A DNA stretch of 64,000 nt from contig CM041465.1 in assembly GCA_023213395.1 (NCBI GenBank), positions 233,313,741-233,377,740 of the forward strand, written 5' to 3'. A model generated the notes under the pieces. The model saw only the letters and a program-made list of their open reading frames with translations. It did no database searches and was not told the origin of the DNA. The DNA comes from Cycas panzhihuaensis. Taxonomy: Eukaryota; Plantae; Cycadophyta. The first letter of the stretch is position 1. The number at the start of each line of letters is the position of its first letter. The position numbers and the translations under genes were made by a program. Shown piece after piece: positions 12,501 to 25,130 of this stretch.

Positions 12501-15500
12501 GATCTCATTCCCAAGATCACAATCTTTTGGTAGGTGTGCCTCAGGAAGAAAATTCTTACTCTAGACAATCTTAAGAAGAGAGGCTTCCACACCACAAATA
12601 AGTGCATCTTGTGTTGTAGAGCGGAGGAATCTACAGATCATATTTTCCTCTGGTGTCCCTACTCGAGAGAGGTTTAGGGGCTTCTGCTAGGCACCTTGGG
12701 GGTGAAGTGGACTTTTTCTGAGAACGTTGTGGACCAATGGTCTTACTGGCAGAGTCCCTTTAGGAGTAGAGTTTTAAGCAGTCTATGGAAAAGCACTTTC
12801 CTAGTGCTGGCATGGAACATCTAGAAGGAAAAGAATAAAAGATTTTTTCAGGAGAGATAAATGGACCCACATGCTATTTTCAATAAAATCCATGCAAAGA
12901 TCAGGGAGAATGGCAATAGTAATAAGGATAAACAAATTGCTCTGCAGGAAAATAAGATTCTGTAAAATTGGAGGATAAAGCCTAGGTAGTTAAGGTGAGA
13001 TCTCTCTTGGACTCTTCCACAGGAGCTTTGGGTAAAGATTAACTTTGATGGAGCTTCAAAAGGCAACCCTAGGGAGGCAGGGGGTGGAGGTATTTGCAGA
13101 GATGCTCAAGGGAATCCTATATGGGCCTTTACTGACTTCTATGATCATCAGACAAACCACTTCGTAGAAATATCTGCTATGCTCAAGGCCATTGATCTAG
13201 CCCTTGATGGGGGTCCTAGGAGGCTAGTTATGGAAGGGGACTCTATGATGGTTATAAATTTATTAACAGGCAAGGCTTCCCCAGACTAGAAATGTCAATC
13301 TATGGTTAAAGATGCTAAGGAGAGTTTAAAGGACATGGCATATGTTCAGTTTTGCCATACATTTAAGGAAGGAAATAAACCGACTAATTTTTTGGCTAAT
13401 TGGGGGGTTAGGCATAAAAAATTTAACATCTTGAGAGAGAACTTTCCTGAGGAACTTATGATTCTAGTTGAGAAAGATAGGATCCGTGTTAGCTAGCCAT
13501 GGGGCTTGTCCTAGCTTTCTCTTTTCCTAATCCATGGGGTTATCACGGTTAATATGATCGGGATGTTGCCTGACCTTTGATGTACTAGGTTGTGGGATCT
13601 TGTATTTCAAACCCATAATTAATTCATTTTTACCTTATCAAAAAAAAAAAAAAAAAAAACTTCACATGAGTTTAAAAGCTATCTTCGAGACAATGGCATT
13701 AAATATCAAATAACAGTAGTAGGTACCCCACAACAAACTAGAGATGCTAAGCACATGAACAGAATAATCATGAACATGGGTCAAGTTATGTTGGTATACA
13801 AAAATATACCTACCTACCTATGGGTCGAAGCAATCTGAATAGTTGTTTATTATATCATTGTTATTAACCCATCAAAGGAAGGATAATCACCTAATAAAAA
13901 GTGGCTCTACATACTATATATATATTCTAGATGCAGATCAAAATAAACTCTACTTAAGGGCACTTAAAGGTATCTTTGTTGGATACCCTATGGATAAGAA
14001 AGGGTATAAGTTCTTTATACCTTCGCAATGAAAATTTATCATTACTAGAGATGTCATTTTTACATAGATAAAGGATCAACTGCTTAGGCTGGACTTTAAA
14101 ATACCCTCGCATTGCTATAATAATGTTATCAAGTATGATATTTATATTCCAAAATTTAGGGGGTGGGACAGATATAAATTACTCCAAATATTAGAAGTTG
14201 ACAATAGAGCCTCAAAGGATATAATTTATGACTCTGAACAAATGAGTGCACATCTAGTACCATCCTTTAAAGATAGCATAATTAACAAAGGGAAAGCTAT
14301 TATAGAAGAATCATCCTCTCCATCGTTAGTTGACAAAGGCAAAATAGTGGTAGAAGGACCATCTTCCTCAAGAATATCAACATCCTCCTTAAAAAATGAT
14401 CATTTTAATGAACAAGATAAGAACCAATAAGTTGAGGAAATAAGGACCTTATTCCCAACTTAAGGATCTCATGAGGTTCATCAACTCAATAAGGATATAT
14501 GACCAAATGAGGTAAAAAAAACTGACACTTGAAGTACCCATAGAGTAAGGATGCAGGAATCATTATATACTAAACTTAAACTAGTAAAATTGCATGTTAC
14601 TCTTAATGAAGAGCCTCTCTCATACTAAGAAGCTATAAAACATATAGTCTAGAGAAATATAATGAACACAGAATACCAATCTCTCATAAAAAATAGTACA
14701 TAGGAGCTTCTTGATCTACCACTTGGCAGAAAGATAGTTCAAAATAAATGGGTGTTCAAAAATAAATATAGATCAAATGGTACCCTTGAAAAACACAAAG
14801 TGAGGTTGGTAGCTAAAGGATTCATACAAAGGGAAGGCTTCAACTACACTGAGTCTTTACGCCTATAACCAAGTGGCCTACAATTAGAACTCTTATGGCC
14901 TTGGCTACTCAATAGGGTTAGAAAATCTACCAACTCGATATTAAGATTGCATTTCTCAATGGAGAACTTGAAAAAGAAATTTACATGGCTTAGCTAGAAG
15001 AATATAAGATCGAAGGTCTAGAGTATAAGGTTTATAGGCTCAAAAAGTCCTTATACAACCTTAAACAAGCCCCTCATGCTTGGTTTACCAAGTTATCTGA
15101 AAGAATAAGGTAACTTGGATATGAGGTTTGTAACTACTAAGATATTGATGTAACATTGTCTATCAAGTGCTAAAAGCACAAAGTCACTTATAATCTTTGT
15201 GGATGGCATGCTAGTAACAGGTAATAATGTACAGGTAATAAGCCAACTAAAAAAGGACCTTACCAAAATATTTGAATTGTCTGACATTAGTTTGATGAAA
15301 TATTACTTGGAAATTGAAGTAACATAAAAGAATAGAAAAATTTTCCTCTCCCAAGAAAAATACATCAACAATTTTCTAACCAAGTTTCAATTAGAAGATG
15401 CTCAACTAGTGGCTTTAGGTATGGACCCTAATGCCAAACTCTCAACTAATGGTAATACTAGGGAGGCATATACAACACTCTATAGGAAACTTATATGTAG

Positions 15501-16089
15501 TCTCATCTACACTACTAATATAAGGCTAGATATTGCATACTCTATCGATATTCTTGCATGATTCATAACAAATCCTAAGCAGAATCACTGGCAGACTGTA
15601 GTTCAAGTGTTAAAATACCTAATGATAACTAATAAATTTGGTCTATTGTATGAACCTAATAATGAATTTAAGATTTCTACATACACAGACTCAAACTTTG
15701 TAGGAGATAAAGATATAGAAAGATCTACATCTGGGTATATAATATTTCATGGAATAACACCAATATCATGGAGATCCAGATGACAGAGGATAGTTGCTAA
15801 CTTAATTATTGAAGTTAAATACATTGTTGCTTCTGAGACCATCAAGGAGGTGATATGGCTTAGAAAATTATTAGAAACATTGAATATCACCCAAACAAGT
15901 CCTACCAACGTTCGTGTGGAGAATCAATCAATAATCCACATGGTGAAAATTCCTGTATTTCACAATTATACCAAACATATAAGTATGAAAGTCTATAGGA
16001 TTAGAGAACTTATTCATGATAGCACAATTCAACTAGAATACTGCCCCACAACAGATCAAGTGGCTGATATCTTCACCAAACCACTATAA
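6574..16089 (+). pseudogene. Copia gag-pol pseudogene interrupted by a LINE in the integrase core
   Basis: VHSNLCGPM...FIDDFTRKVWV...LRIDNDGKYTSH|(LINE)|EFKSYLRDNGI, GIFVGYP, VRLVAKGF, YCPTTDQVADIFTKPL. Confidence 0.9.
8557..13659 (+). mobile_element. L1-clade LINE with C-terminal RNase H, internally deleted and decayed
   Basis: 20-nt poly(A) at 13640-13659; TSD ACTTC(G/A)CATGA (8546-8556, 13659-13669); ORF1-like region from ~8863 (DUF4283-like plus zinc knuckle); endonuclease ISWNVRGLNAP at ~10213; RT N-terminus; zf-RVT at ~12500-12660; RNase H WVKINFDGASKGNP at ~13030. Confidence 0.93.
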
Positions 16090-16596
16090 AAGGTAAAGTT
16101 AGAACAAATATATAGGTAACTCAGACTTAATGTCTCCATCTTTGACTGATCAAAGAAGATGGCAATAGGATTATCATACTCTATTCTATTCATGAAAACC
16201 CCTTGTAGGTGTAGAAGAATAAGAGTATATCTCTACTTTATCCTATTTGTAAAAACATCACATAGGCATAGAAGGATAAGGGTTGTACTAGTTTTAGAAA
16301 ATTGGAACCTGTGAAAACCCGAAAGGGCATAAGGGATGACCAAATGGTATATAGAGACTTAGCAAATTAAGCTACACATTTAAGTTGTTTTGTTATTAGG
16401 CTATATTAAAGAGCCACCTTAGCCACTTTGATTTATAAAAAGGTCTATAGATCTTAGAAAGTCTGTGGGTTTCTATTACCCATGAGGGTTTTCCCATAAA
16501 AAATTTATTTAGAATTTCAATATAATAATGAGTCTTAAATGAAAACCTCATAGAATATATTTTCTTAAAATGGCCTTCTACCATTAAGGAGGGGAT

Positions 16597-16936
16597 TGAA
16601 AGAGGTTAATGTATCAAGGTTATTTGTATAGATTAATTAAGTGACCTTAGGATATATTGTTAGCATTAGTATCTTAATGAAATGCACTTTATGTGCATTT
16701 AGATATAATTCCAGGTTCATGTCATTAGGTAGGAAAATCCTAACCCTAATTCTCACTCTCAATAATAAAAGGTGAAATATCAAGGAGAGAGTCATTATTC
16801 ATTCTCACCTCCAAGCTTGCTCTCATATCTTGTTTTATCTCTTTTTCATTCTCCATTGTTATTGTGTATATATGAATGATTTATTCTGTAGATTCATCCT
16901 TCCTTCATATTCTTGTTCATCTTAGTCATTATGACA
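16597..16936 (+). repeat. Putative 3' LTR of copia element 2
   Basis: Starts with TG right after a PPT; a CA at 16935-16936 precedes resumption of gypsy-like coding sequence. The end is inferred because no second copy is in the window. Confidence 0.55.
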
Positions 16937-19900
16937 TGATGAGGGTGATCCCCTAACCTATTAGTAAAGGAAAGCCTTTCCCTGTCATCAAGAAGCTTCA
17001 ATATGTTTCCACTATTCTATCCATGATGGATATTATGAAGTTATCTCAATCAACAATAAGTACTCTTGGATATATTGGGACCTCTGAAGTTTAGTTCTAT
17101 TTTCATTAAATAATCAACTATACCTCTTTTATACTTTGGCATTGAGGAAGCCCCATCCTCAAAGAGAGAGAGTGTGTAGTGAGTCTAAAATAATATAATA
17201 GATAGAAGCTCTATTTCCAATAGATAATAATATGTATTCCAAGCATATTATAGTACTTCATAGTAATAAATTTCATATGTTCACAGTAGATATGATATAA
17301 TTGTAGTAGAAAAACCTCATAAATAGCATTCAACATGGATAATAATATCATAGATAAATGATAGGCGATGATATCAAAACAATAGTACCTAATACAAAAT
17401 ATTCAACAACGTTGACAAACCATCTTCGAGGCAAGAGCAACCCTCTAATAGGCACAAGGTCATTATCCCTTCATAACAAAAATTCTCCAAGATGATTTTC
17501 AAATAAAGGTGGTCTCTTTATTTATAGACAACTTTATAATTTTCCCTCAAAAAAATTGACTTCATAATAAAATAATTTAAATGATTCTTCTTTTAATTCC
17601 TCCAAAAATTAACTTTATCATAATAAATTCTTCAGATAAAACTAACTTCTTCTTTTATTTTAGGACTACTAAAATACCCCTCCCCTTAAAATAATACTTT
17701 TCCCTTGAAGTATTAAGAATTTGCTTGTAGCTCAATTTGATCTTCTAACCACCACCTACTAGGTCTTGTACGTCATAAAGTTCTGCTTTGGTCTTCCATC
17801 TTCTGTGGGATTTTACTAGTAGCCCTCTTGAATTTTTTGAGCTTTGTTCTTAGGACTGGGTATATATTATGTCTTATTCTGAATCAGAAGGATCCTGGGA
17901 CCTGTGAGGTAACTCAAATGTCTCATCCTAGTCTTACCTTACATTTACATATTTTATTTCTAAATGGGATGGATTTTAAGAAAAGAAGTGAAGACTTTAT
18001 GAAAAGAATTGATCGTGAGGATCATAGATTGATGATTACTTATTGTGAAAAGGAAAAGAAAGGGTGGAATTGTAAACTGAGATCAAGCATAGCTTTGAAG
18101 GTATAGGAAGAAAGGATACATTTTATAATCTGCCTTGGATTGAGATGAGAATTTGTGTTGGTTTTGTTGGATCATAATACCTTTTAGGAGAGAAAGATGG
18201 ATGGGAAATTAGTGAAAGGTTCTTTATAAAAAATGGACTTTAATAGGTTTTTAAGATTAGTATTTAAATAAAAGAAAATATTTAACAAAAAAAAATAATA
18301 TTGATAATATGAAATTGAAGGGATTTAGGAAAAGTCAAATGGGATTTTGTAAGGGGTAATACTAAGAGATTAAATGTGACAAACAGATTAAAGTTATAGA
18401 GTATCTTATTTAGGATGATATATAGTGGGTGAGAGAGTATGTAATTAAATAGATGAACTAGGGTTACAAAGAAGAATTGGGATTTAACTTACATAAAACC
18501 TAGAGTTAAGGAAATTATGATTATGGATAACTTCAGGATATAGAAAAGAAAATTTTGCTATCGCTACTAGAATCGTGTCTATGGGATGGTAACCACACTT
18601 GGTTAGGATTGGATTAATCGATGAAGAGTTTTAGAATCTAAGGTCAATTTGAGAAGTGAGAGAGATCACCCACATAGGGTATCTACACATCAAAACACAA
18701 TTTTGGGACCTGCAAATGGTGCACAACTCCCTTCTGGGTAACTCAGCTTTGGTTTTAAGGGTGGAAGGAATGAGGGATATCCTTAGTTTCTTGAGTAAAC
18801 TCACAGGGGCCCTCCTGTCCTTAAATGGTTGAAGGAAGGAGGAGAAAGAAAGTGAGGGAATAGCTCCTCATATAAAGAGGGAATGTACAAGGGACAACTT
18901 TAGTAGAGAAGAAGCATGACACACACATGCGAGAGATCAAGAAGAGGGCTAATCTCACGAGTTAGGTATCAACCTAAAGGGGGATACCTGAATAGTTTAA
19001 TCAAACTGAGTAGAGATGACCAAGAGGGCAATCTTAGGAAAAGGGGTGTCCTCAAGGTGCTAGACCTAAGGAGGTCTTGGGAATAAAGATTAAATGAGGA
19101 GCATCTCAAAGTTTGTGTTCACTGGTTGCAAAAATGGTATGGTGTATACAATAGTGTATCCTTATATGTAAAGGGGTAACTTTTCAAAGTAGTAAGATAA
19201 TGCAAGACTCACTCTTATTTATTCATACATATATCCTCACTCTCTTTACCTTTACAAATTCAAAAGTAAAAAAGGAAGAAAGGATGCAAATGACCGCTAT
19301 GTGATGTAAGGCACATGCAAAAGGTATGAGCTCGCTAAGAAATGCAACAAGATGAACATACAAATATGTAGGATTCTTACTACATGCACTTTCCAATGAA
19401 AGCAAGCAAACTAGTTGACAATAAATAATTAAAACTCGTTCTTCTTCTTTTCCTTTTTCCAAATAATGTAGGGATGAAGGGGGAAAAGAAAGAGAGGAAA
19501 GGGAGATAGGGAAATCCCAAGGCGTACCTAGAATATGATGGCTGAAGCAATGTTGTCCTTATTATGCTTGTTACCCTCATCTTTCTCCAGCCATATGCAG
19601 CGCAGGATGGTGTCGGTAAAGAAAGGAAGGGTTCCTCTTACCTTCCCCAAGTCAAAAGAAAAGAAATAGAAAGGAAAGTGATGTAAAAAAACATAAAAAG
19701 CTAATGCAACTTTAACTTATAATTTGGAAAGCAAAAGAAGTACTGGTCACAAAGATGGAGACATACCTATAGTGGGATTCCCTTCACTCCCTAAGCATGG
19801 CAAGGTAACCTGCAAATCAAACCAAGTTCACCCTTTCCCAAGGGGTGGAAAGTATATGTGGGATAGATACACAATATAACAAGTAATAAGATTCACGATT

Positions 19901-22188
19901 CTCAGCCAAAAGGAATGTTTTTCACTACAACATTACTCCTTGTTCCTTTTATACCATTTAGTAAATAATATAGGGAAAAGGGGGGCAAAGAGAGAAGGAG
20001 GATGGGTAGCCTCAGAATGGCTAATCCTCTGAATCAGGCATGCTCCACGTTGTCCAAGTACCAGAGGAGATGAGGCAAGGTGAACGCAAGAAACCAAGAA
20101 ACCCTTGAGATGCAAGTGAGAAAGTAAGGGAAAATGTTGTCGATGTTGTTAATGCTACAAAGGTTGCAATGTACAACTATTGCAACCTTGATGGGGTTAA
20201 GCTAAAAGGTGCAAGAAGCTATGGAATGGAGGGTTGGAGTTCCCTGATGTAGGACCTACAAAGCTAGTTGTGAGCGTAGTAAGAGGTTACCTATGCTACT
20301 GCTAGTAGTGGTCTTCTTTCCAATGGTCTTTTGAGAGCTTAATGAAAGCACAGAGGAAGAAGAGATGAGGAGAAAAGGGGGATGCCCTTGAGGATAAGGC
20401 CTACTAGGTGCGGAACCCTACCTTTGCTCCTTTCACTCTCTGTGAAAATATCTTCTTCGCTATCCCCTTACAACAACCAGGAAAGAACCGAGAGAAAAAA
20501 AATAAGGGATAAGTAGGATGGGGAGGGTTTGCCTCCTGCTTATAATAAAAACTAAAGGAAAAATCCTATAAGAGTGCTAACAAATAATGTTTATATTGCT
20601 TAAAACAAAAGAAGGACAAAATATTGGTTCAAGAGTACTTGGTATGGGAAGATCAAAGGCAGATCTCCTAGTAAAAATAGGGGAGAGAGACCTACCCTAT
20701 AGGGTTTGTAGATGAAACCATGAAGAGCAATAAACTTGCAAGAGGTTGGAGTGAAGAGAATGGATCTGGGCTTGATGAAGCACTTAGAACATGTCCTTCC
20801 CTTTAATGGCCATGTTGTAGGCCTACAACAGCATATATGGAGCTATAGGAGATTGATGGTAGGCTGAGACACTGATGTACTAAGCTCAATCCTTATTGCA
20901 GGGTATTTTTCTGAGGAAGTGCTAGGAGAGCCAAGTGAAAGAGAGTCCAAGAAGAGAAATAATGATGTCTTTTTGGGGGTTTTAAACCTAACCCTAACTT
21001 AATTAAGTGATTAGGGTTCAACTAGGCCTAGGAATATGACATAGCCACATGACAATTTTGTAATAAATACGAAATTTACCATGATAGATTTTTAAAAAAG
21101 GTGTATGACAATCACCCCGCGATAAACTTTGTAGTACCATGATATTCATCGCAGTGCAGTGGCAGCATAAGAAATATTAAGAGGAGAGGGAGCTGGGAGC
21201 CCTAAAGGAAGGTACCCCAGGCCTAGGAGGGGCTGACCCTCTGTCCAGATAACTAGGGACAGTCATAAGGGAGAAATGACCTATGCCAGATGGAGCATCA
21301 AAGAGATAGAGTTCCTAAGAAGTTGGAAAATGGGTAAGAATATACCAATCACACCTAACAAGGTGTTAAAAGCTATGGTGTAGCAATGGGGGGGTGTGAA
21401 CGGATCAAAAGGGCTAGTTGGTGCTTGGGACAACATGGAGGTATATAGGAGGGTTATGGAGTGCCATTAAGATCCATGTCCCAAGATCGTCATAGGCTAG
21501 AATAATATTAGGCAATATGATCAAGTAGTGGATGCAAGATGATCACTCAAATGAATCAATCAGTATACAGTGGAAAATAGATGCTTTGATTTACCTTTTT
21601 TGAGAAGTGATAAAGGAAAAGGATAGAAGCATACCTATACTTATCTAAGTCAACTCATCAAAACCCATTCTCAGTAGTCAAGAAACACTGCCCCTTTGGC
21701 AGTAGAGCCTTGCTACTTGGAGGCACAATGTGACGGTGAATGATGGAAGCACAATGTTAGTGACATATATATACAAATAAACATAACAATGGTGTGAGCC
21801 AAGGGCGACAACGAGTGTCGTGGTGGAATACGTGGGCATGGAGGCAAGGGCAAGACAACATAGGGGTTGCCTATGTATCACCCTATAGTCAACTAGCGAT
21901 GATAGCGAATGAGGGGGATGCCCCCATCGTAGGAGTACAAGAGAAGGATAGTGATGACCACACACAGGATCAGGCAGATATCGTGAATAAGGTGTTCTGT
22001 ACAGAAACAAGTTAAAACTAGTGGGAGTTATGTGCTAATAGAGGTGCTAAGAGTAGAGTAAGGAAATAAATCTTGTGGTCACCATAGTTGAACCTCATTA
22101 GTGGCTGACTTTCGAAGGTACGAATGGATCGCAATATGAAAAAAGGGATAAACTGAGACTTGGGTGCCTAGGCAACCGGATAAGTCTC

Positions 22189-22611
22189 TCAAGGGGGGTC
22201 ACTAAGAAGAGGGATGTGATGCTCAAGGATGAGATGAATCAAGTTGTCTGCCTCGATGTTAAGAGCCCAAGGAATGTGTCAGATGTCAACAGAAGGAAAA
22301 CAAGCTAACAAGGTCCTGGCAGTTGAGGTAAGGGCTCTCAGTCATAGGGACCACACCTGGTAGACCTGGGTGAGATGGGACACCACAACCTGAGAGTCAT
22401 AGAAGAGGATGATGGGTCCATGGTGGAAGTGGAACGCATCGGTAAGGGCCTCAATAACAATTGTGTACTCAGCTTCGTTATTGGTGGATTTGGGAAAGAA
22501 GATCCTGGAACGCATGAAGTCGTATCTAAAAGGGTCATGAAGAATCCACACAGTGGTAGAAGGGCCTAGGTTACTGTGGCTTCTATCATTAGTGAAGACG
22601 AGTAACACTAT
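22189..22611 (-). pseudogene. RNase HI-like (Tat 'additional/archaeal-type' RNase H) ORF, decayed
   Basis: VLLVFTND...TNNEAEY...IEAL...IILFYDSQVVV...NIEADNL, the D-E-D-D RNase H pattern with the first Asp mutated; the start codon appears as ATA. Confidence 0.85.
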
Positions 22612-23874
22612 GGTAGAAGGAATGGAGGTCTCAATAGGGCAAATCTAGGAAAAGAGTGTTGACAAGGTCGATGGATGAAAAGGACTCAACACAAGGAAGC
22701 AATTATGGGGGACTCGAGCAACCATCAATAGGGGTTGTAAAGGATAAGAGGACCTAAGGGTGAGGCTACCCAAGGATGAGGAAACTGATCTGGCAGATGG
22801 GAAGGAAACAACAGTGAAAATACCCCTCTAGGGTCGTAGAGGCCACTAAAGGAAGCGAGACACAGTCCTAGATAGAGAGGACACTTCCTTTGGGAGTCCC
22901 AGAGGGATGAACATGTAGAAAAAATGGGTTCAAGATGGTGAAATGAGCAAGATGAGGATAAACTTAGGTATATATAGAGATGGCACGAAAATCAAGGAAG
23001 AAGGGACATCACAAGACTAAAAGGAGATGCCATAAATGCACTAGGAGGGTAAGAAGGAAAGAGGACCATGAAGGAAAAATGGAAGATGGGCCCAAAAGGA
23101 AAAGGTAATCAGAGAAGAGAGATGGTCCCAAGGGCTTTCGCAGTGAAAGAAATAGAGGAGGTACCCATCGAGACCCCTACCTATACAAGGAAAGCTTGGC
23201 GAAAATAGAATTCATTTTCACAGGCTCACGATCAATTCAGAGCCCTTCTCCTTATGCAACAGAGCACTGCCTGACTTTGGAGGCATGTAGGGGGAGATCA
23301 GACCATTGGATTAGGACATGGAGATAATCAGTAGGACCCAGGAGACAAGATGGCGCTAGCCAGGCTGGATCTAGTGAGTGGATCATACCTTATCCCACCC
23401 ATTTCGTTGTTTGAATTTGATAAGTTTTTTATGGTTTTTCAAGTAGTTTTTAGCCCCTTATGAGAAAATTGGAGTCTCTTGGAACCTAAATTAGGCCCAG
23501 AGAGAGGGGGGACTAGGGCATTAAGTAACCCTAGTCCTAGTGGGCCTGAGTATGGCATACTCTAGAAAAATTTAGGGTTTTTTTGGGTGGAAAACCCCCC
23601 TTTATATGGGGGTGTTATTAGCCTCGTGACAGAGATCGCGGTGCCACAAACTTTTCCCTGGGGCTGCTACATGCTAGAAACTTAGCAGGGCCCTATGCTA
23701 AACTCTATGGTACTATGGAGTTTAGTGCAGTGCGAAGGTAGACCAACTGAAAAAAGTAAAGAATAGCCTGAAGGAGTGCTAAACTCAACCAGGAGAGGGT
23801 GAGGGGCAGTCTTAAATGTAGGCAAGTATAGAGGAGTTATGACTAGTTCTTGGGGTGCTTGGCAAGCAGTTATC

Positions 23875-25130
23875 ATGGTAGACAATTACGAAAACATTCG
23901 CATGGTGATGATGAGCTCTATAGAGATGATGTCTTGTGGAGATTGATGGACACTAGGGAGATGTGGCCTGCTGAAGGTCATCAGGATGCCACAATATGCT
24001 TCAGACTAGCATCTACTAATTAACATCATCTCGTACTGGCATCGTAGGTGACATGTGTTTCACCTCCCCTAGGTAGGGGATATTATCATCACACCAAGAT
24101 ATATACAGACGATCCTAGGAGTACCAGCAGTAGGAGCACCGATGTCATTAGGGCCATTACTTAGTAATGATGCCACACACAGGGAGGCTTCCATTTTCTT
24201 CATAGGATAGGACAGGTGGGAGAGGAGAGAGATACCTGTTTAGAGCATGGTTATGTCGCAGATTCTTCAAGTGAGAAAGTTGATCACAGTATGCATTTCG
24301 TTCCGGATATCCTAGAAACAAAACTATAGAGACATACCCAACAAATGGATGGAGATAGTGAGGATATGTGGGGCTAGGGAGAGGATGGACTGGGTCACTT
24401 TGATAGCAACAAACTTGATTGCCCAATTAGACACCATCAAGGTGACCAGGAGAGAAGGTTTTTCATACAACACATTATTGTAGTACTAGTTTTTCTATAA
24501 CTTCAAAGCAGTGACACTGGCAGGAGGGCCACACCCAATCCCAGCGTGAGCTCCTATGGTTCACAAGTGGTAGACTCAGTTCAGGGGGATCGAGGATCAG
24601 GCACACATCTGATGCTTAATGGAGGCTACATCACTAGACCTCCTCACCATGGTAGATTACATGGCAGACCCATATAGAGGGGTGAGGTGGGAAAGTGATG
24701 ATGAGATAGGCAAAGTAGGAGGAGACAAAGGTGGCCCTCGAGGAGATGATGATGATGATGGTGATAATGGGGTGATAGGGTAGGCCCATCAGGAATGGTA
24801 GGTAGCGAGGCAGGTCTGTTAGGGTCTGCAAAAGGAGAGGCAGGACCTTCAGGAATCACAGGAGGTGAGGCGGGCCCTTCAAGAGCTACAGGGAGAGGTA
24901 AGCCACCACAGACGCTAGTCGAGAGACTAAGGATATGGGAGAGCCCGAGTAGTGGCAGCAGCCATAACTGAGGAGGGTGGAGGCGATGCTCCAGCAAGAT
25001 AGGCTATTGGCGAGGTGGTACTAGAGGAGGAGGAGGTACCAACAACTAGGGGAGATCCTGAGGAGGAGGTGGTCATCCAATTCAAGGAGTCGGCAGTCCT
25101 AGGAGGTGAGACACTACCTTTCCCTATCAT
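23875..25130 (+). pseudogene. Plant Mobile Domain (PMD, aminotransferase-like) ORF with Glu/Gly-rich tail, decayed
   Basis: LLINIISYWHRR*HVFHLP*VGDIIITPRYIQTILGVPAVG resembles the PMD motif LI..VERW..THTFHLP.GE.TITL.DV..ILGLP..G; downstream MDWVTLIATNL and LL*Y*FFYNF resemble WG.A.LA.LY and LLQ.W..E.F. Boundaries approximate. Confidence 0.75.

Larger units (their letters stand above)
1..16936 (+). mobile_element. Older Ty1/copia element 2 (5' end probably upstream of the window), host of copia 1 and LINE 1
   Basis: Decayed gag/PR/INT/RT/RH between about 6570 and 16090, PPT AAGGAGGGGAT at ~16586-16596 followed by TG. Sequence on both sides of copia 1 is non-coding and inferred to be its leader. 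No 5' LTR visible. Confidence 0.75.
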
